NCBI GenBank assembly: GCA_963843325.1 | Contig: CAWJKC010000007.1 | Span: forward strand, 89,601-153,600 | Direction of reading: 5' to 3' | Length of the DNA: 64,000 nucleotides | Source: an uncultured Acidobacteriota bacterium | GTDB lineage: Bacteria > Acidobacteriota > Thermoanaerobaculia > UBA5066 > Gp7-AA6 | Part shown: positions 9,143 to 18,371 of the stretch, piece by piece | How the letters are laid out: each line of letters opens with the position of its first letter | How positions within the stretch are numbered: position 1 is the first letter of the stretch | Translations under genes and position numbers: made by a program | The notes under the pieces: model-generated | Told to the model about the DNA's origin: nothing | Database searches by the model: none | Seen by the model: only the letters and a program-made list of their open reading frames with translations

Positions 9143-9961
9143 GTGAGCTGGTTCGACGCCATCGTCCTCGGCATCATCCAGGGCCTCACCGAATTCATCC
9201 CCGTTTCTTCCGACGGGCACCTCTCCGCCGCCGAGATGCTGATGCCGCGGTTCGGCCAGGTCGGCCTGCTCTTCGACGTCATGGTGCACGTGGGGACGCT
9301 CGCGGCGATCGTCATCTACTACCGCAAGCTGCTCACGGAGGAAGTCGTCGGCCTCGTGTCGCGCGACACGATCGAGCGGGCCAGGGCCTGGCGCCTCGCG
9401 ATGCTCCTGCTCGTGGCGACGATCCCGACGGGCATCGTCGGCCTCCTGATGAAGCACTACGTCGAGGAGACCAAGACGAACCCGGTGTTCGTCGGGTCGA
9501 TGGAGATCCTGACGGGGCTCTACCTCGCGCTGTCCTACTTCCGGCGCGACGGGCACAAGGATCGCGACACGATGACCTACCTCGACGCGTTCATCATCGG
9601 CACCGTGCAGGGCTTCGCGGTGCTCCCCGGGCTCTCGCGGTCGGCCTCCACGATCGGATTCGGGCTGCTGCTCGGGTTCGTCGGCCGGTGGGCGGCGGAC
9701 TACACGTTCCTGCTGGCGATCCCGGCCATCGTCGGAGCCGCCGGCGTCGAGATCGCCTCGGCCCTGCGGCACCAGGGGCCGGGCTTCTTTGCGACTCCCG
9801 ACTTCGCCCGCTACCTGGTCGGGGCGGCGGTCGCCGGGATCGTGGGGTACATGACGATCGGGTTCCTGATCCGGATGGTCTCCACCCGGAAGGTCCACTG
9901 GTTCGCGCTCTACTGCTTCGTCTTCGGGCTGGTCCTGATCTTCTTCTTCCCGAAGCACTAG
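9143..9961 (+). CDS. uppP: undecaprenyl-diphosphate phosphatase
   Basis: 272-aa ORF starting MSWFDAIVLGIIQGLTEFIPVSSDGHL, with a later PGLSRSAST motif. These are hallmarks of BacA/UppP. Confidence 0.9.
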   Translation: MSWFDAIVLGIIQGLTEFIPVSSDGHLSAAEMLMPRFGQVGLLFDVMVHVGTLAAIVIYYRKLLTEEVVGLVSRDTIERARAWRLAMLLLVATIPTGIVGLLMKHYVEETKTNPVFVGSMEILTGLYLALSYFRRDGHKDRDTMTYLDAFIIGTVQGFAVLPGLSRSASTIGFGLLLGFVGRWAADYTFLLAIPAIVGAAGVEIASALRHQGPGFFATPDFARYLVGAAVAGIVGYMTIGFLIRMVSTRKVHWFALYCFVFGLVLIFFFPKH

Positions 9962-9962
9962 C

Positions 9963-10190
9963 CTAGCCCGGCGGGCCGCCTCCCGGCCGGACGCGGCCCG
10001 CGTGGCGCGTGCCGAGCCGGATCGCCCCGTACACGAGCACGCAGCAGACGAAGTCGATCAGCAGGCCGACGTCGAAACCAAAGGGCTTGTGCTGGAGCGC
10101 CGGCGGCAGCGAGGGGTGCAGGACCGCGAAGTAGATCCCGTTGCCCGCGAGGATGGCGATCAGGTACTCGACCCAGCGGCGCGGCGTCAC
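9963..10190 (-). CDS. small two-TM membrane protein (hypothetical)
   Basis: Only the C-terminal 75 codons of ORF 9963..10382 look protein-like (VTPRRWVEYLIAILAGNGIYFAVL...LLIDFVCCVLVYGAIRLG). GTG at 10190 lies 11 nt after the upstream gene's stop. Confidence 0.35.
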   Translation of the reverse strand: MTPRRWVEYLIAILAGNGIYFAVLHPSLPPALQHKPFGFDVGLLIDFVCCVLVYGAIRLGTRHAGRVRPGGGPPG

Positions 10191-10200
10191 GCCCCGAAAT

Positions 10201-10860
10201 CTATCGCCTTTGGGCCTCTGCGCGCTGGAGGGTTTCCGCGAGGTGGCGCTGCGACAGCGCGCAGCCCTCGACGAGGCCATGGCGCTGGCGGATCTCGATC
10301 GCCTCGCGAAGGGCCCGTCCGCTCGCGGCCAGGTGCTCGTCCGCGCGGCCGGGCTCGAGCTCGGCGAGGCGGCGCAGCGCAATGCCGAGGTTGTGGAGCG
10401 TGACGCCGCGCGCGATCTCGCGCTCCGACGTGCGCCACGCGAGCGCCTTCTCGAAGAGGACCACCGATTCCTGCAGCGGCCCGGCGGCCGTTCCGAGGTT
10501 GGAGAGGGCCGTCGCGAAGTTGTGCTGGGCCCGCGCGTGCCAGCCGCTCTCGGAGTCTGCGGCGAAGTGCGCGAGCGCGACGCCGAACGCGCTGCGCGCG
10601 CGCGGCAGATCGGCGGCGGGGCCGGGGCTGCCGTAGAAGACGCCGGCGTTGTGGAAGAAGCGGGCGCGCTCCTCGGCGGCGCCGAAGGGCAGCGACGGCA
10701 GCAGCTCCCAGAGGTCGTCGGCGAGGGCGCGCGCCGTATCCGCGTCGCCGCGCTCGCGCAGCTCTTCCTGTGCGCGGAACCAGTCGCGGTAGGCCCCGAC
10801 CGGGTCGGCGCCGAGCGCGCTCCGGAAGTGCGTCCGCAGGTCGTCGACCACGCCGTTCAT
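10201..10860 (-). CDS. hypothetical all-helical protein (TPR-like repeats possible)
   Basis: ATG at 10860 (MNGVVDDLRTHFRS...) inside ORF 10201..11496. The upstream part of that ORF is Arg/Gly-rich off-frame noise. The composition suggests helical repeats (NLGTAAGPLQESVVLFEKALAW, HNLGIALRRLAE). Confidence 0.55.
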   Translation of the reverse strand: MNGVVDDLRTHFRSALGADPVGAYRDWFRAQEELRERGDADTARALADDLWELLPSLPFGAAEERARFFHNAGVFYGSPGPAADLPRARSAFGVALAHFAADSESGWHARAQHNFATALSNLGTAAGPLQESVVLFEKALAWRTSEREIARGVTLHNLGIALRRLAELEPGRADEHLAASGRALREAIEIRQRHGLVEGCALSQRHLAETLQRAEAQRR

Positions 10861-10889
10861 CGCCCGCAACGATACGCCTCGCGCGGCCG

Positions 10890-11600
10890 TCACTTTGCGG
10901 CCGCCCGGGGCGCCGGAAGCGCAAAGTAGACCTTTCCGTGCAACGGGCTGTTTTCGTGGCCGATCAGCAGCGCCTCCGGGCCGACCGGGTCCCCGACGAA
11001 CAGGCGCGGGCCGCGCGCGTCGGCGGGCAGGGTGAAGACGAACGTGGTCGTGTAGGACTCGCCGGGCCGCAGCTGCCGCGAAAGGGGGACCGAGGGGTTG
11101 CCGTGCGCCGCCTCCCAGGCCGCCGTCCCCGCCACGGAGGGCCGGAAGCGACGGCCGGCCTCGTCCTCGAGCCAGACGCTGCGCGGATTGGGGGCGAGGG
11201 GACCGTTTCCCCGGAAGGCGGCGATCGTGCTCGGGTCGAACCACGAGCGCACGGTGATCACGCGGGTCGTCGCGTCGGGAGCCGCGGCCGACGTCACGTC
11301 GTAGGCGATGTGGCAGTCCATCTCGCAGAAGTACTTGCGCTCCCCGGGCGCGAGCGTCCGGTCGCGCGAAAAGAGCGCCGCGCCGAAGAGCAGGGCGGCG
11401 TAGCCCGCGGCGATCGCGAGCGCGCCGATGCCCAGCCACTTCGCCAGACCGAACCGGCGCACCGCCGCGCTCACCGCCGCGCCCAGGCCGGCGCACACCA
11501 GCCCGAGCGTGGCGCCGAGGAAGGCGAGGATGACGAGGGGCGCGAGGGCCGGGACGCGGGCATCCCCGGTGAGGAAGAGCGAGAGAGTACTTTGCGACAT
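10890..11600 (-). CDS. membrane-anchored hypothetical protein (2 N-terminal TM helices plus an extracytoplasmic domain)
   Basis: ATG at 11600 (MSQSTLSLFLTG...) with GGAGAC upstream. The domain contains CEMDCH and beta-rich sequence. The gene lies immediately downstream of the wHTH regulator gene. Confidence 0.6.
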   Translation of the reverse strand: MSQSTLSLFLTGDARVPALAPLVILAFLGATLGLVCAGLGAAVSAAVRRFGLAKWLGIGALAIAAGYAALLFGAALFSRDRTLAPGERKYFCEMDCHIAYDVTSAAAPDATTRVITVRSWFDPSTIAAFRGNGPLAPNPRSVWLEDEAGRRFRPSVAGTAAWEAAHGNPSVPLSRQLRPGESYTTTFVFTLPADARGPRLFVGDPVGPEALLIGHENSPLHGKVYFALPAPRAAAK

Positions 11601-11606
11601 AAAGCT
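11586..11606 (-). promoter_or_regulatory. 21-nt conserved element copy A (agtactttgcgacataaagct), spanning the start codon of 10890..11600
   Basis: 19/21 identical to 12591..12611. On the coding strand it reads AGCTTT ATG TCG CAA AGT ACT. Confidence 0.5.
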
Positions 11607-11621
11607 AGTCTCCAAAAAAAA

Positions 11622-11984
11622 TCACTTCCCGCGCGCGTGCGCGATGACGGCTTCCAGGTGGGAGAGGTAGCGCTCGAGCGCGCGCCGGCCCTCGGCGGTC
11701 AGCCGGTAGGTCGTCTTCGGCACGCGCCCCTCGAACGACTTCGTGCAGGCGACGTAGCCCGCCTCCTCCAGCCGGCGGGCATGGACCGACAGGTTCCCGT
11801 CGCTCGCGTCGAGCAGGGAGCGCAGCTCGAGGAAGGTCAGGGAGGCGTTGGCCGCGAGCGCGCTCACGATCGCCAGGCGCATCCGTTCGTGCAGGACCCG
11901 GTCGAGCTCCGGCAGCGCGCGACGCGCGGGCTTCGCGGCAGGCCGGACGCCCGGCGCGGCGAGCGCCTTTTTCGCCCTAGCCAC
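11622..11984 (-). CDS. winged-helix transcriptional regulator (HTH_34 / ArsR-MarR-like)
   Basis: 120-aa ORF. LDRVLHERMRLAIVSAL...LTFLELRSLLDASDGNLSVHARRLEEAGYV...GRVPKTTYRLT matches the transcriptional-regulator wHTH pattern. Confidence 0.8.
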   Translation of the reverse strand: MARAKKALAAPGVRPAAKPARRALPELDRVLHERMRLAIVSALAANASLTFLELRSLLDASDGNLSVHARRLEEAGYVACTKSFEGRVPKTTYRLTAEGRRALERYLSHLEAVIAHARGK

Positions 11985-12585
11985 CGTGCCTCCGCGCGAT
12001 CGCGATGCCGAAACCGATGTGCAGCGCGCCGAAGCCGGCGGCGAGGTACGCGGTTCCCCACGCGGCGGGGGAGGAGAGGGCGGCGCAGCCGAGGAGCATG
12101 AAGAGCGCGCCCATGACGAGCACGAGGCGGATCGCGTGGGCGCCGCCGGTCACGACGGCCGTCCCGTACAGGAGCAGCCAGATCCCGGGCAGCAGCGTCA
12201 CGAGGCCCGCCCGATCGAGGGCGAGGGTGAGGACCGCGCCGGCGCCGAGCGGCGGCACGAGCATGAGCAGGAAGCGCCGGCCCGGGCCCGAGAAGAGGTC
12301 CGTCTGCGTGCGGCGGGCCTTGCGCGCCATCGCGGCGACGCCGATCGCGACGGCGACGCAGGCCGCGGCGATCCAGATGCCGAGCCACTGCTCCGGGTCC
12401 TTCGCGCCGAGCGAGAGCGCGGCCGCGGCCAGGGCGACGACCCCCATCGCGATGCCGCCCGCGCCGGGCACCGCGGTGAACGTGGAGGCGCGCTCCATCG
12501 TGTCGCGGATGAAGCGGATCTGGTCCTCGGCGCGGGGTGCGAAGGGAACGAGCACGGACGGATTCTCCGGCGGCGCGGGGCGCAT
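11977..12585 (-). CDS. integral membrane protein (about 5 TM), first gene of the wHTH cluster
   Basis: ORF 11977..12591. ATG at 12585 (MRPAPPENPSV...). The true start may be the ATG at 12605 if a 1-nt indel is present (see finding). It overlaps the regulator gene by 8 nt. Confidence 0.65.
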   Translation of the reverse strand: MRPAPPENPSVLVPFAPRAEDQIRFIRDTMERASTFTAVPGAGGIAMGVVALAAAALSLGAKDPEQWLGIWIAAACVAVAIGVAAMARKARRTQTDLFSGPGRRFLLMLVPPLGAGAVLTLALDRAGLVTLLPGIWLLLYGTAVVTGGAHAIRLVLVMGALFMLLGCAALSSPAAWGTAYLAAGFGALHIGFGIAIARRHGG

Positions 12586-12590
12586 TGTCA

Positions 12591-12611
12591 AGTACTTTGT
12601 GTCATAAAGCT
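12591..12611 (-). promoter_or_regulatory. 21-nt conserved element copy B (agtactttgtgtcataaagct)
   Basis: 19/21 identical to 11586..11606. It lies between the radical SAM stop (12611-12613) and the ATG at 12585. It contains ATG ACA CAA AGT ACT TGA. Confidence 0.5.
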
Positions 12612-13639
12612 CAGGCCCCGTCGAACAGGCTTCCCTGGGCCGGGGCGGGACGCCGGAACGTGCTCGTGCGCGGGTGCATCTCGCCGTCGCGATTCAGGCC
12701 CAGGCGGCGGCACTCCACCTCGAACAGGCTCTCGATCGCCTGCCAGCGCGGCCCGACGCCCTCCATCCGGGAGCCGAACCGGCTGTCGTTGCGCCGGCCG
12801 CCGCGCATCTGCTCGAGGTTCGAGAAGACGCGGGCGGCCCGGTCGGGGTACGCCTCGGCGAGGCGCTGCTCGAAGACCGGGCGGGTCTCGGCGGGCAGCC
12901 GCAGCAGGGTGAGGAACGCCTTCACGGCGCCCGCCGCGCGCGCCCGCCCGAGGATTTTCGGGATGTCGCTGTCGTTCAACCCCGGGATGACGGGCGCCAC
13001 CGCCACGCCCACCCGGATGCCGGCCGCCGCGAGCAGGCCGATGGTCTCGATGCGCTGAGCCGGCGACGCGACGTTGGGCTCGATGGCCCGCGCCGCGCGA
13101 TCGTCGGCAAACGGCACGCTCACGTACACGGTGACGTCGGCCTCGCGCGCCAGGTCGGTCAGCACGTCCACGTCGCGCCGCACCAGCGCGCCCTTGGTGA
13201 CGATGCCGACCGGGTTGCGGAAGTCGCGGCAGACCTCGAGACATCGGCGCGTGAGGCCGTAGACCGCCTCGGTCGGCTGGTAGCAGTCGGTCACGCCGGA
13301 AAAGACGATCGTGTCGCCCTGCCACGACCTGCGCGTCAGCTCGCGGCGCAGCAGCTCCGGCGCGTTGACCTTCGCGACGATCTTGCGGTCGAAGTCCGTG
13401 CCCGCGCCCCAGCCGAGGTACTGGTGCGTGGGGCGGGCATAGCAGTACGCGCACGCATGGAAGCATCCGCGGTACGGGTTCACGCTGTAGCGGAAGCCGA
13501 CGTCCGGGCTCTCGTTCTCCGCGATGATCGAGCGGGCCTCTTCCTCGAAGACCTCGAGCTCGGCCGCGGGCGGCTCGCCGAGGTACTCGGCATGCACCGA
13601 TTGCCAGGGGTTCGGGGGGTTGGAAACCGGGCGGGGCAT
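12611..13639 (-). CDS. PA0069-family radical SAM protein
   Basis: ATG at 13639 (MPRPVSNPPNPWQ). The CxxxCxxC cluster is in NPYRGCFHACAYCYARPTHQYLGWG. Overall pattern recalled for the PA0069 family. The ORF-track start at 13729 is probably too far upstream. Confidence 0.8.
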   Translation of the reverse strand: MPRPVSNPPNPWQSVHAEYLGEPPAAELEVFEEEARSIIAENESPDVGFRYSVNPYRGCFHACAYCYARPTHQYLGWGAGTDFDRKIVAKVNAPELLRRELTRRSWQGDTIVFSGVTDCYQPTEAVYGLTRRCLEVCRDFRNPVGIVTKGALVRRDVDVLTDLAREADVTVYVSVPFADDRAARAIEPNVASPAQRIETIGLLAAAGIRVGVAVAPVIPGLNDSDIPKILGRARAAGAVKAFLTLLRLPAETRPVFEQRLAEAYPDRAARVFSNLEQMRGGRRNDSRFGSRMEGVGPRWQAIESLFEVECRRLGLNRDGEMHPRTSTFRRPAPAQGSLFDGA

Positions 13640-13677
13640 CCTTCGAGAGTATAGAGTTTTCCGCCGGAGGAATTCGC

Positions 13678-14676
13678 ATGCGAAAAGCGACTTGCGGCGC
13701 CGTGCTTCTCCTCGCCGCGGCCGGCGCACTGGCGCAGCCGAAGGCCACGCCGACGCCCGATCACCACGAGCGCAAGGCCGAAGACGTCTTCCGTCTCAAG
13801 CCGCTTTCGGGGGGCGTGTACGCGCTCTACGGGCGCGGCGGCAACGTCGGCTTCTTCGTCGGGCCCGAGGCGGTCATCGTGGTGGATTCCCAGTTCAAGG
13901 ACATCGCGCCGGGCATCGTCGAACAGATCCGGAGCGTGACCGACAAGCCCATCCAGTACCTGATCAACACGCACCACCACGGCGATCACACCGGCGGCAA
14001 CGAGGTCTTCCGGCAGTTCGCGGTGATCATCGCGCAGGACAACGTGCGCAAGCGGATGCTCGCCTCGCCGGCCGACATCCTGCAGTACTACCCGGGCTAC
14101 CTCGAGGAGGCGAAGAAGAAGGGCGACGCCGAGGACATCCAGTTCCTCGAGAACGCCATCGCGTGGGCGAAGAAGGTGAAGGTCGAGGAGATCGCGGCGC
14201 CCGTCGTGACGTTCGATTCGGAGCTGCGCATCCACGCCGGGGGCGAGACGATCGGGATCTGGCACACGCCGCCGGCCCATACCGACGGCGACAGCGTCGT
14301 CTACTTCGAGAAGGCCAACGTCCTGCACATGGGCGACCTGTTCTTCCACCGCCTCATCCCGTTCGTGGACGCGAAGCACGGCGGCTCGGTCACGGGGTAC
14401 CTGACCGCCATCGACGGCGTGATCGCGCGCGTTCCGGCCAACGTCGTGATCATCCCGGGCCACGGCGAGGTGACGGACCTCGCGGGGCTTCGGGCATTCC
14501 GGGCGTTCATCGCCGACGTCCTCGCGGCCGCGAAGGCGGCCCGGGCGGCGGGCCAGTCGAAGGAGCAGTTTCTCGCCGGCGTGAGCCTGCCGGCGTACAA
14601 GGACTACGACGGCTACCCGGACCGGTTCAAGGAGACGTGCGGCGTGGCCTACGACGAGGTCGCCGCGGCGCACTAG
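13678..14676 (+). CDS. secreted MBL-fold metallo-hydrolase
   Basis: 332-aa ORF with a signal peptide (AVLLLAAAGALAQP) and an HxHxDH motif (INTHHHGDHTGGN). Later HTDGD and PGHG motifs are also present. Confidence 0.85.
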   Translation: MRKATCGAVLLLAAAGALAQPKATPTPDHHERKAEDVFRLKPLSGGVYALYGRGGNVGFFVGPEAVIVVDSQFKDIAPGIVEQIRSVTDKPIQYLINTHHHGDHTGGNEVFRQFAVIIAQDNVRKRMLASPADILQYYPGYLEEAKKKGDAEDIQFLENAIAWAKKVKVEEIAAPVVTFDSELRIHAGGETIGIWHTPPAHTDGDSVVYFEKANVLHMGDLFFHRLIPFVDAKHGGSVTGYLTAIDGVIARVPANVVIIPGHGEVTDLAGLRAFRAFIADVLAAAKAARAAGQSKEQFLAGVSLPAYKDYDGYPDRFKETCGVAYDEVAAAH

Positions 14677-15541
14677 CGCCGGGGCTTGCCCCCGGGCGCC
14701 GCGGCGCCCTTGCGCTGGTCGAAGTGGCGCTCGAAATCCTTGATCCCCTTGCCGGTGAGGAAGGGCCCGGCGAAGCGGACGACGTCCGCGCGCAGGCGCC
14801 GGAACGCGTCGATCGGATCGCGGGAGAGGCCGGGATACCGCATGTCCTGCGAGGCGTTCAGGAACTCCATGTAGTCGGGGTGGAGCATGCGCCGCTCGCC
14901 GCGTCGACCAGAGCGCGATGCCGACGCCGGAGCGCACCTGCAGCTCGAGGCTCCGGCCCCGGCGCCGGAACTGGCCGACCGCCACGCTGCGCTTGTCCGC
15001 CTTCTCTTCGCGCACGCCGCCGAACTTGAAGCCGTGCGGCCGGAGGGCGTCCTCGAGGATGCCGGCGCCCGTCGCGAGCAGCGTGGCGTCCTTGCGCTTG
15101 GGGTGCGAACGCCGCAGCGCCTCCATCATCCCGTCGATCCGCCGCCGCAGGTCGTCGCGCGTCTGGCGGAACGCGGCCAGGCGTTTGGCCTCGTCGCCGC
15201 GCACGAAGCTCGGGTCTTCGACGGACCAGTGAACGAGGTGGCGCGCGCCGGGCCAGGTCGGACAATCGGCGGCCGCCGAGTCGCACACCGTCACGACGAG
15301 GTCGAACTCCTGCTCCACGAATTCGTCGGCGCCCTTCGAGTAGGCGCGGTCCATGCCGAAGCCGAGCTCCTCGATGGCCTTGACGGCCATGGGGATGGAC
15401 GAACCCGGCCGGCCGCGAGCCCGCCGAGACGGGCTCGAGCAGATCGGGGTAGTCGATCCGCGCGAGCGCCTCGGCCATCTGGCTGCGCGCCGCGTTTCCG
15501 GTGCAGAGAAAGAGGATCCGTTTCGGGTGTTCGGGCGTCAC
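14673..15541 (-). CDS. ArsC-type low-molecular-weight phosphatase / arsenate reductase domain fused to an uncharacterised C-terminal domain (2 apparent frameshifts, near 15405 and 14895)
   Basis: GTG at 15541. The P-loop is [16 protein letters not shown], with a Cys pair in [16 protein letters not shown] (ORFs 14858..15652 and 13480..15390). There is no stop before a second region, [15 protein letters not shown]...[17 protein letters not shown], which continues in ORF 14673..14888 ([10 protein letters not shown]...[20 protein letters not shown]). Confidence 0.65.
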
Positions 15542-15639
15542 GCTCCATTTATATCGCCGATCCCGCGCCGGGCGACGGGATGCGTCGAGGCCCGGGCGCG
15601 AGTAGCCCTTTCGCCGTTTCCGTCCGATAATGGCGGCGA

Positions 15640-17975
15640 TTGAGCGAAACACCGTTCCGTAAGAGCCGTCTCGCCAGCGAGGCGATCGGCATCCTCCTGC
15701 TGCTTGCCGGCGCGCTCGCCGTCCTCGCGCTCTTTTCGTACGATCCGCACGACCCGAGCATCTTTTCGTGGACCGCGGGGGGCGAGGCCGGCAGCCCCAA
15801 CAACTGGATCGGCGGCTTCGGGGCGTCGCTGGCCGCGGCGCTCTACGCGCTGTTCGGCCTGGCGGCGTGGGCCGTGGCCGGCCTGCTCTTCGTGCTGGGC
15901 TGGCGCTGGTTCTGGGCGCGCCCGCTGCCCAATCGAGGGACCAAGGCCGCGGGGCTGGTGCTGCTCGTCTTTTCCGTCCCGATGCTCCTCTCGCTCGCGT
16001 TCGGCCGGCGCCGGCTCTACGGCGAGGACATGGAGACCGGAGGCATCGTCGGGCGCGCCCTGGCCGACGTGTTCCGGGCGCGGATCGGCACGACCGGAGC
16101 GGTGCTGCTCGCGATCACGCTGGTGGTCCTGGCCGATCCCGCTGGCCACCCAGGTTTCGCTCGGCGACGTCTTCCTGAAGCTGCGCGTGCGCTTTGCCGG
16201 GCTGATCGGGCGGCTGACCGTGGGCTGGGTGCGGCACCGGGACAGCCGGACGAAGGAACGGCTGCGCCGCACGGTGGTCACGCGCCACCTCGAGAAGGCC
16301 CGGAAGGATCCCGTGTCGCTCGAGGACATTCCGTTCGCGCCCGAGGACGCGCCGCCGATCGTGCGCGAGGTGCCGGGGCCCGGCAAGTTCTCGATCAGGA
16401 AGACCCAGGCCGCGGTCAAGACGCGGCCCAAGGCGGCCGTGCCCGCGCCGAAGAAGAAGGCCGACACCCAGCAGAGCCTGCCGCTCACGCTCGACGGCTA
16501 CGCCCTGCCGCCGGTCTCGCTGCTCGAGGAGCGCAAGGAGTCGGGCGCGATCGACCGCAAGGTGCTGGCGGAGACGGGGCGCGCTGATCGCCGCCAAGTG
16601 CGCCGAGTTCGGCGTCGAGGGCGAGATCGCCGAGTACCACCCGGGGCCCGTGGTCACGACGTACGAGTTCCGGCCCGCCGCCGGCATCAAGGTCAACCAG
16701 GTCATGAACCTCTCGGAGGACCTCGCGCTGGCGCTGTCGGCCGAGTCCATCCGCGTCGAGCGGCTGCCCGGGCGCGCGAGCGTCGGCATCGAGGTGCCCA
16801 ACCCGGGCGGCGGCGAGATCATCGCCATCCGCGACGTGATCGAATCCGAGCGTTTCAAGCATTCGCCCTCGCCGCTGACCCTCGCCCTCGGCAAGGACAT
16901 CCACGGCGAGCCGGTCGTGGACGACCTGCGGGCGATGCCGCACATGCTCATCGCCGGCACGACGGGGTCGGGCAAGAGCGTCGGGATCAACTCGCTCATC
17001 ACGTCGATCCTCTACAAGGCTCCGCCCGACAAGGTGAAGCTGATCCTCATCGACCCGAAGATGGTCGAGCTCGAGATGTACGAGAACCTGCCGCACCTGG
17101 CCACGCCGATCATCACGGACCCCAAGAAGGCGGCCAACGCCCTGCGGTGGGCGGTCGCGCAGATGGAGGAGCGCTACCAGCGGCTCTCGGACTTCGGCCA
17201 GGTCCGCAACGCGGAGCAGTACAACGCGGCGATCAAGGATCCCGTCGCCAAGGCGCGGGTCAAGGAGCAGCACCCGGAGGACCCGGATCTGAAGCTCGAG
17301 CCGATGCCGCTGATCGTGATCATCATCGACGAGCTCGCGGACCTCATGATGACGGCGCCCAAGGACGTCGAGGAATCCATCGTGCGCATCGCGCAGAAGG
17401 CGCGCGCCGTCGGGATCCACCTCGTCGTCGCGACGCAGCGCCCCTCGGTCGACGTGCTCACGGGCGTGATCAAGGCGAACCTGCCCTCGCGCATCGCCTT
17501 CAAGGTGTCGTCCAAGATCGACTCGCGCGTCATCCTCGACGGCAACGGCGCGGAGCGGCTGCTCGGGCGCGGCGACATGCTCTTCCTGCCGCCCGGAACC
17601 TCGCGCCTGAAGCGCGTCCACGGCGCCTACATCTCGGTGCAGGAGACGGCGCAGCTCGTGAAGTTCCTGAGGAAGCAGGCCAAGCCCCAGTTCGACGAGG
17701 AGATCACGAAGGACCGCACCGAGTCCGTGTCGCGCGAGGACGGCGGCGACGAAACCGATCCGCTGTACGACGAGGCCGCGCGCCTCGTGGTGCGGGAGAA
17801 GATGGCGTCCATCTCCTTCCTGCAGCGGCGCATGGGCGTGGGCTTCTCGCGGGCCGGCAAGCTCATCGACATGATGTCCCGCGACGGGCTGCTCGGGCCG
17901 CCGCGCGGCTCCAAGCCCCGCGAGGTCCTCGTCGCGGAAGACTACTTCGCGGAAGTGGACCGCCAGCCGCGATGA
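15640..17975 (+). CDS. ftsK: DNA translocase FtsK (frameshifted near 16137 and 16582)
   Basis: The N-terminal 4-TM part is in ORF 15640..16587, and the linker is in the 15704 frame. The motor domain is in ORF 16650..17975 ([54 protein letters not shown]-terminal gamma w[23 protein letters not shown]). Confidence 0.9.
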
Positions 17976-18343
17976 CGCGCGCCATGCGCTCGCTGGTGCT
18001 GGCGTTCGTCGTGGCGCCGTTCGTCGTGTACGCCGTCTACCGCCTGGCGCGGGGACTCGGCTTTCTCGATCCGCCGTGGAACCCGGAGCACGAGCAGCGG
18101 CGCACGATCGTCGCGACCATCTACGCCCTCCTGCTCTTTCTCTGCATCTTCCTCTGGGGCTACGCCAACGCGTGGCCGCGGGTCTGGGCGATCTTCGGCA
18201 TCGTCAACGCGGTGGCGCTCGTCTTTTTCCTCGGCCTCGGCATCCTCGCCGCGCGGCGCCTCTGGAAGATCCGCCATCCGGCGCCCGGCGCCGCGCCCGG
18301 CGCGGGAGACCCGGCGGATCCGCTCGAGAAGCCGCTCGCCTGA
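17972..18343 (+). CDS. small membrane protein (3 TM), translationally coupled to ftsK
   Basis: ATG at 17972 overlaps the ftsK stop (ATGA). The translation [23 protein letters not shown]... is hydrophobic and lies in the tail of ORF 15704..18343. Confidence 0.55.
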   Translation: MTRAMRSLVLAFVVAPFVVYAVYRLARGLGFLDPPWNPEHEQRRTIVATIYALLLFLCIFLWGYANAWPRVWAIFGIVNAVALVFFLGLGILAARRLWKIRHPAPGAAPGAGDPADPLEKPLA

Positions 18344-18371
18344 CGTTCCGAGCCGGAGCACGGCACCACGC

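Noticed and set aside
7472-9958. Very long ORFs antisense to, or out of frame with, real genes. Examples are 7472..9958 (828 aa), 29621..31597 (658 aa, antisense to groEL), 5878..7896, 47098..49224, 49276..51537 and most of 60090..63188.
   Set aside because: Their translations are Arg/Gly/Pro/Ala-rich with no recognisable motifs. They overlap genes with clear homology on the other strand or frame. Such stop-free frames are expected in DNA this GC-rich.
255-13639. The Memo-like gene (255-1062) and the radical SAM gene (12611-13639) as parts of one AmmeMemoRadiSam system.
   Set aside because: They are 11.5 kb apart with unrelated genes between them. The radical SAM protein matches the PA0069 family pattern rather than the AmmeMemoRadiSam partner. 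No AMMECR1-like gene is visible.
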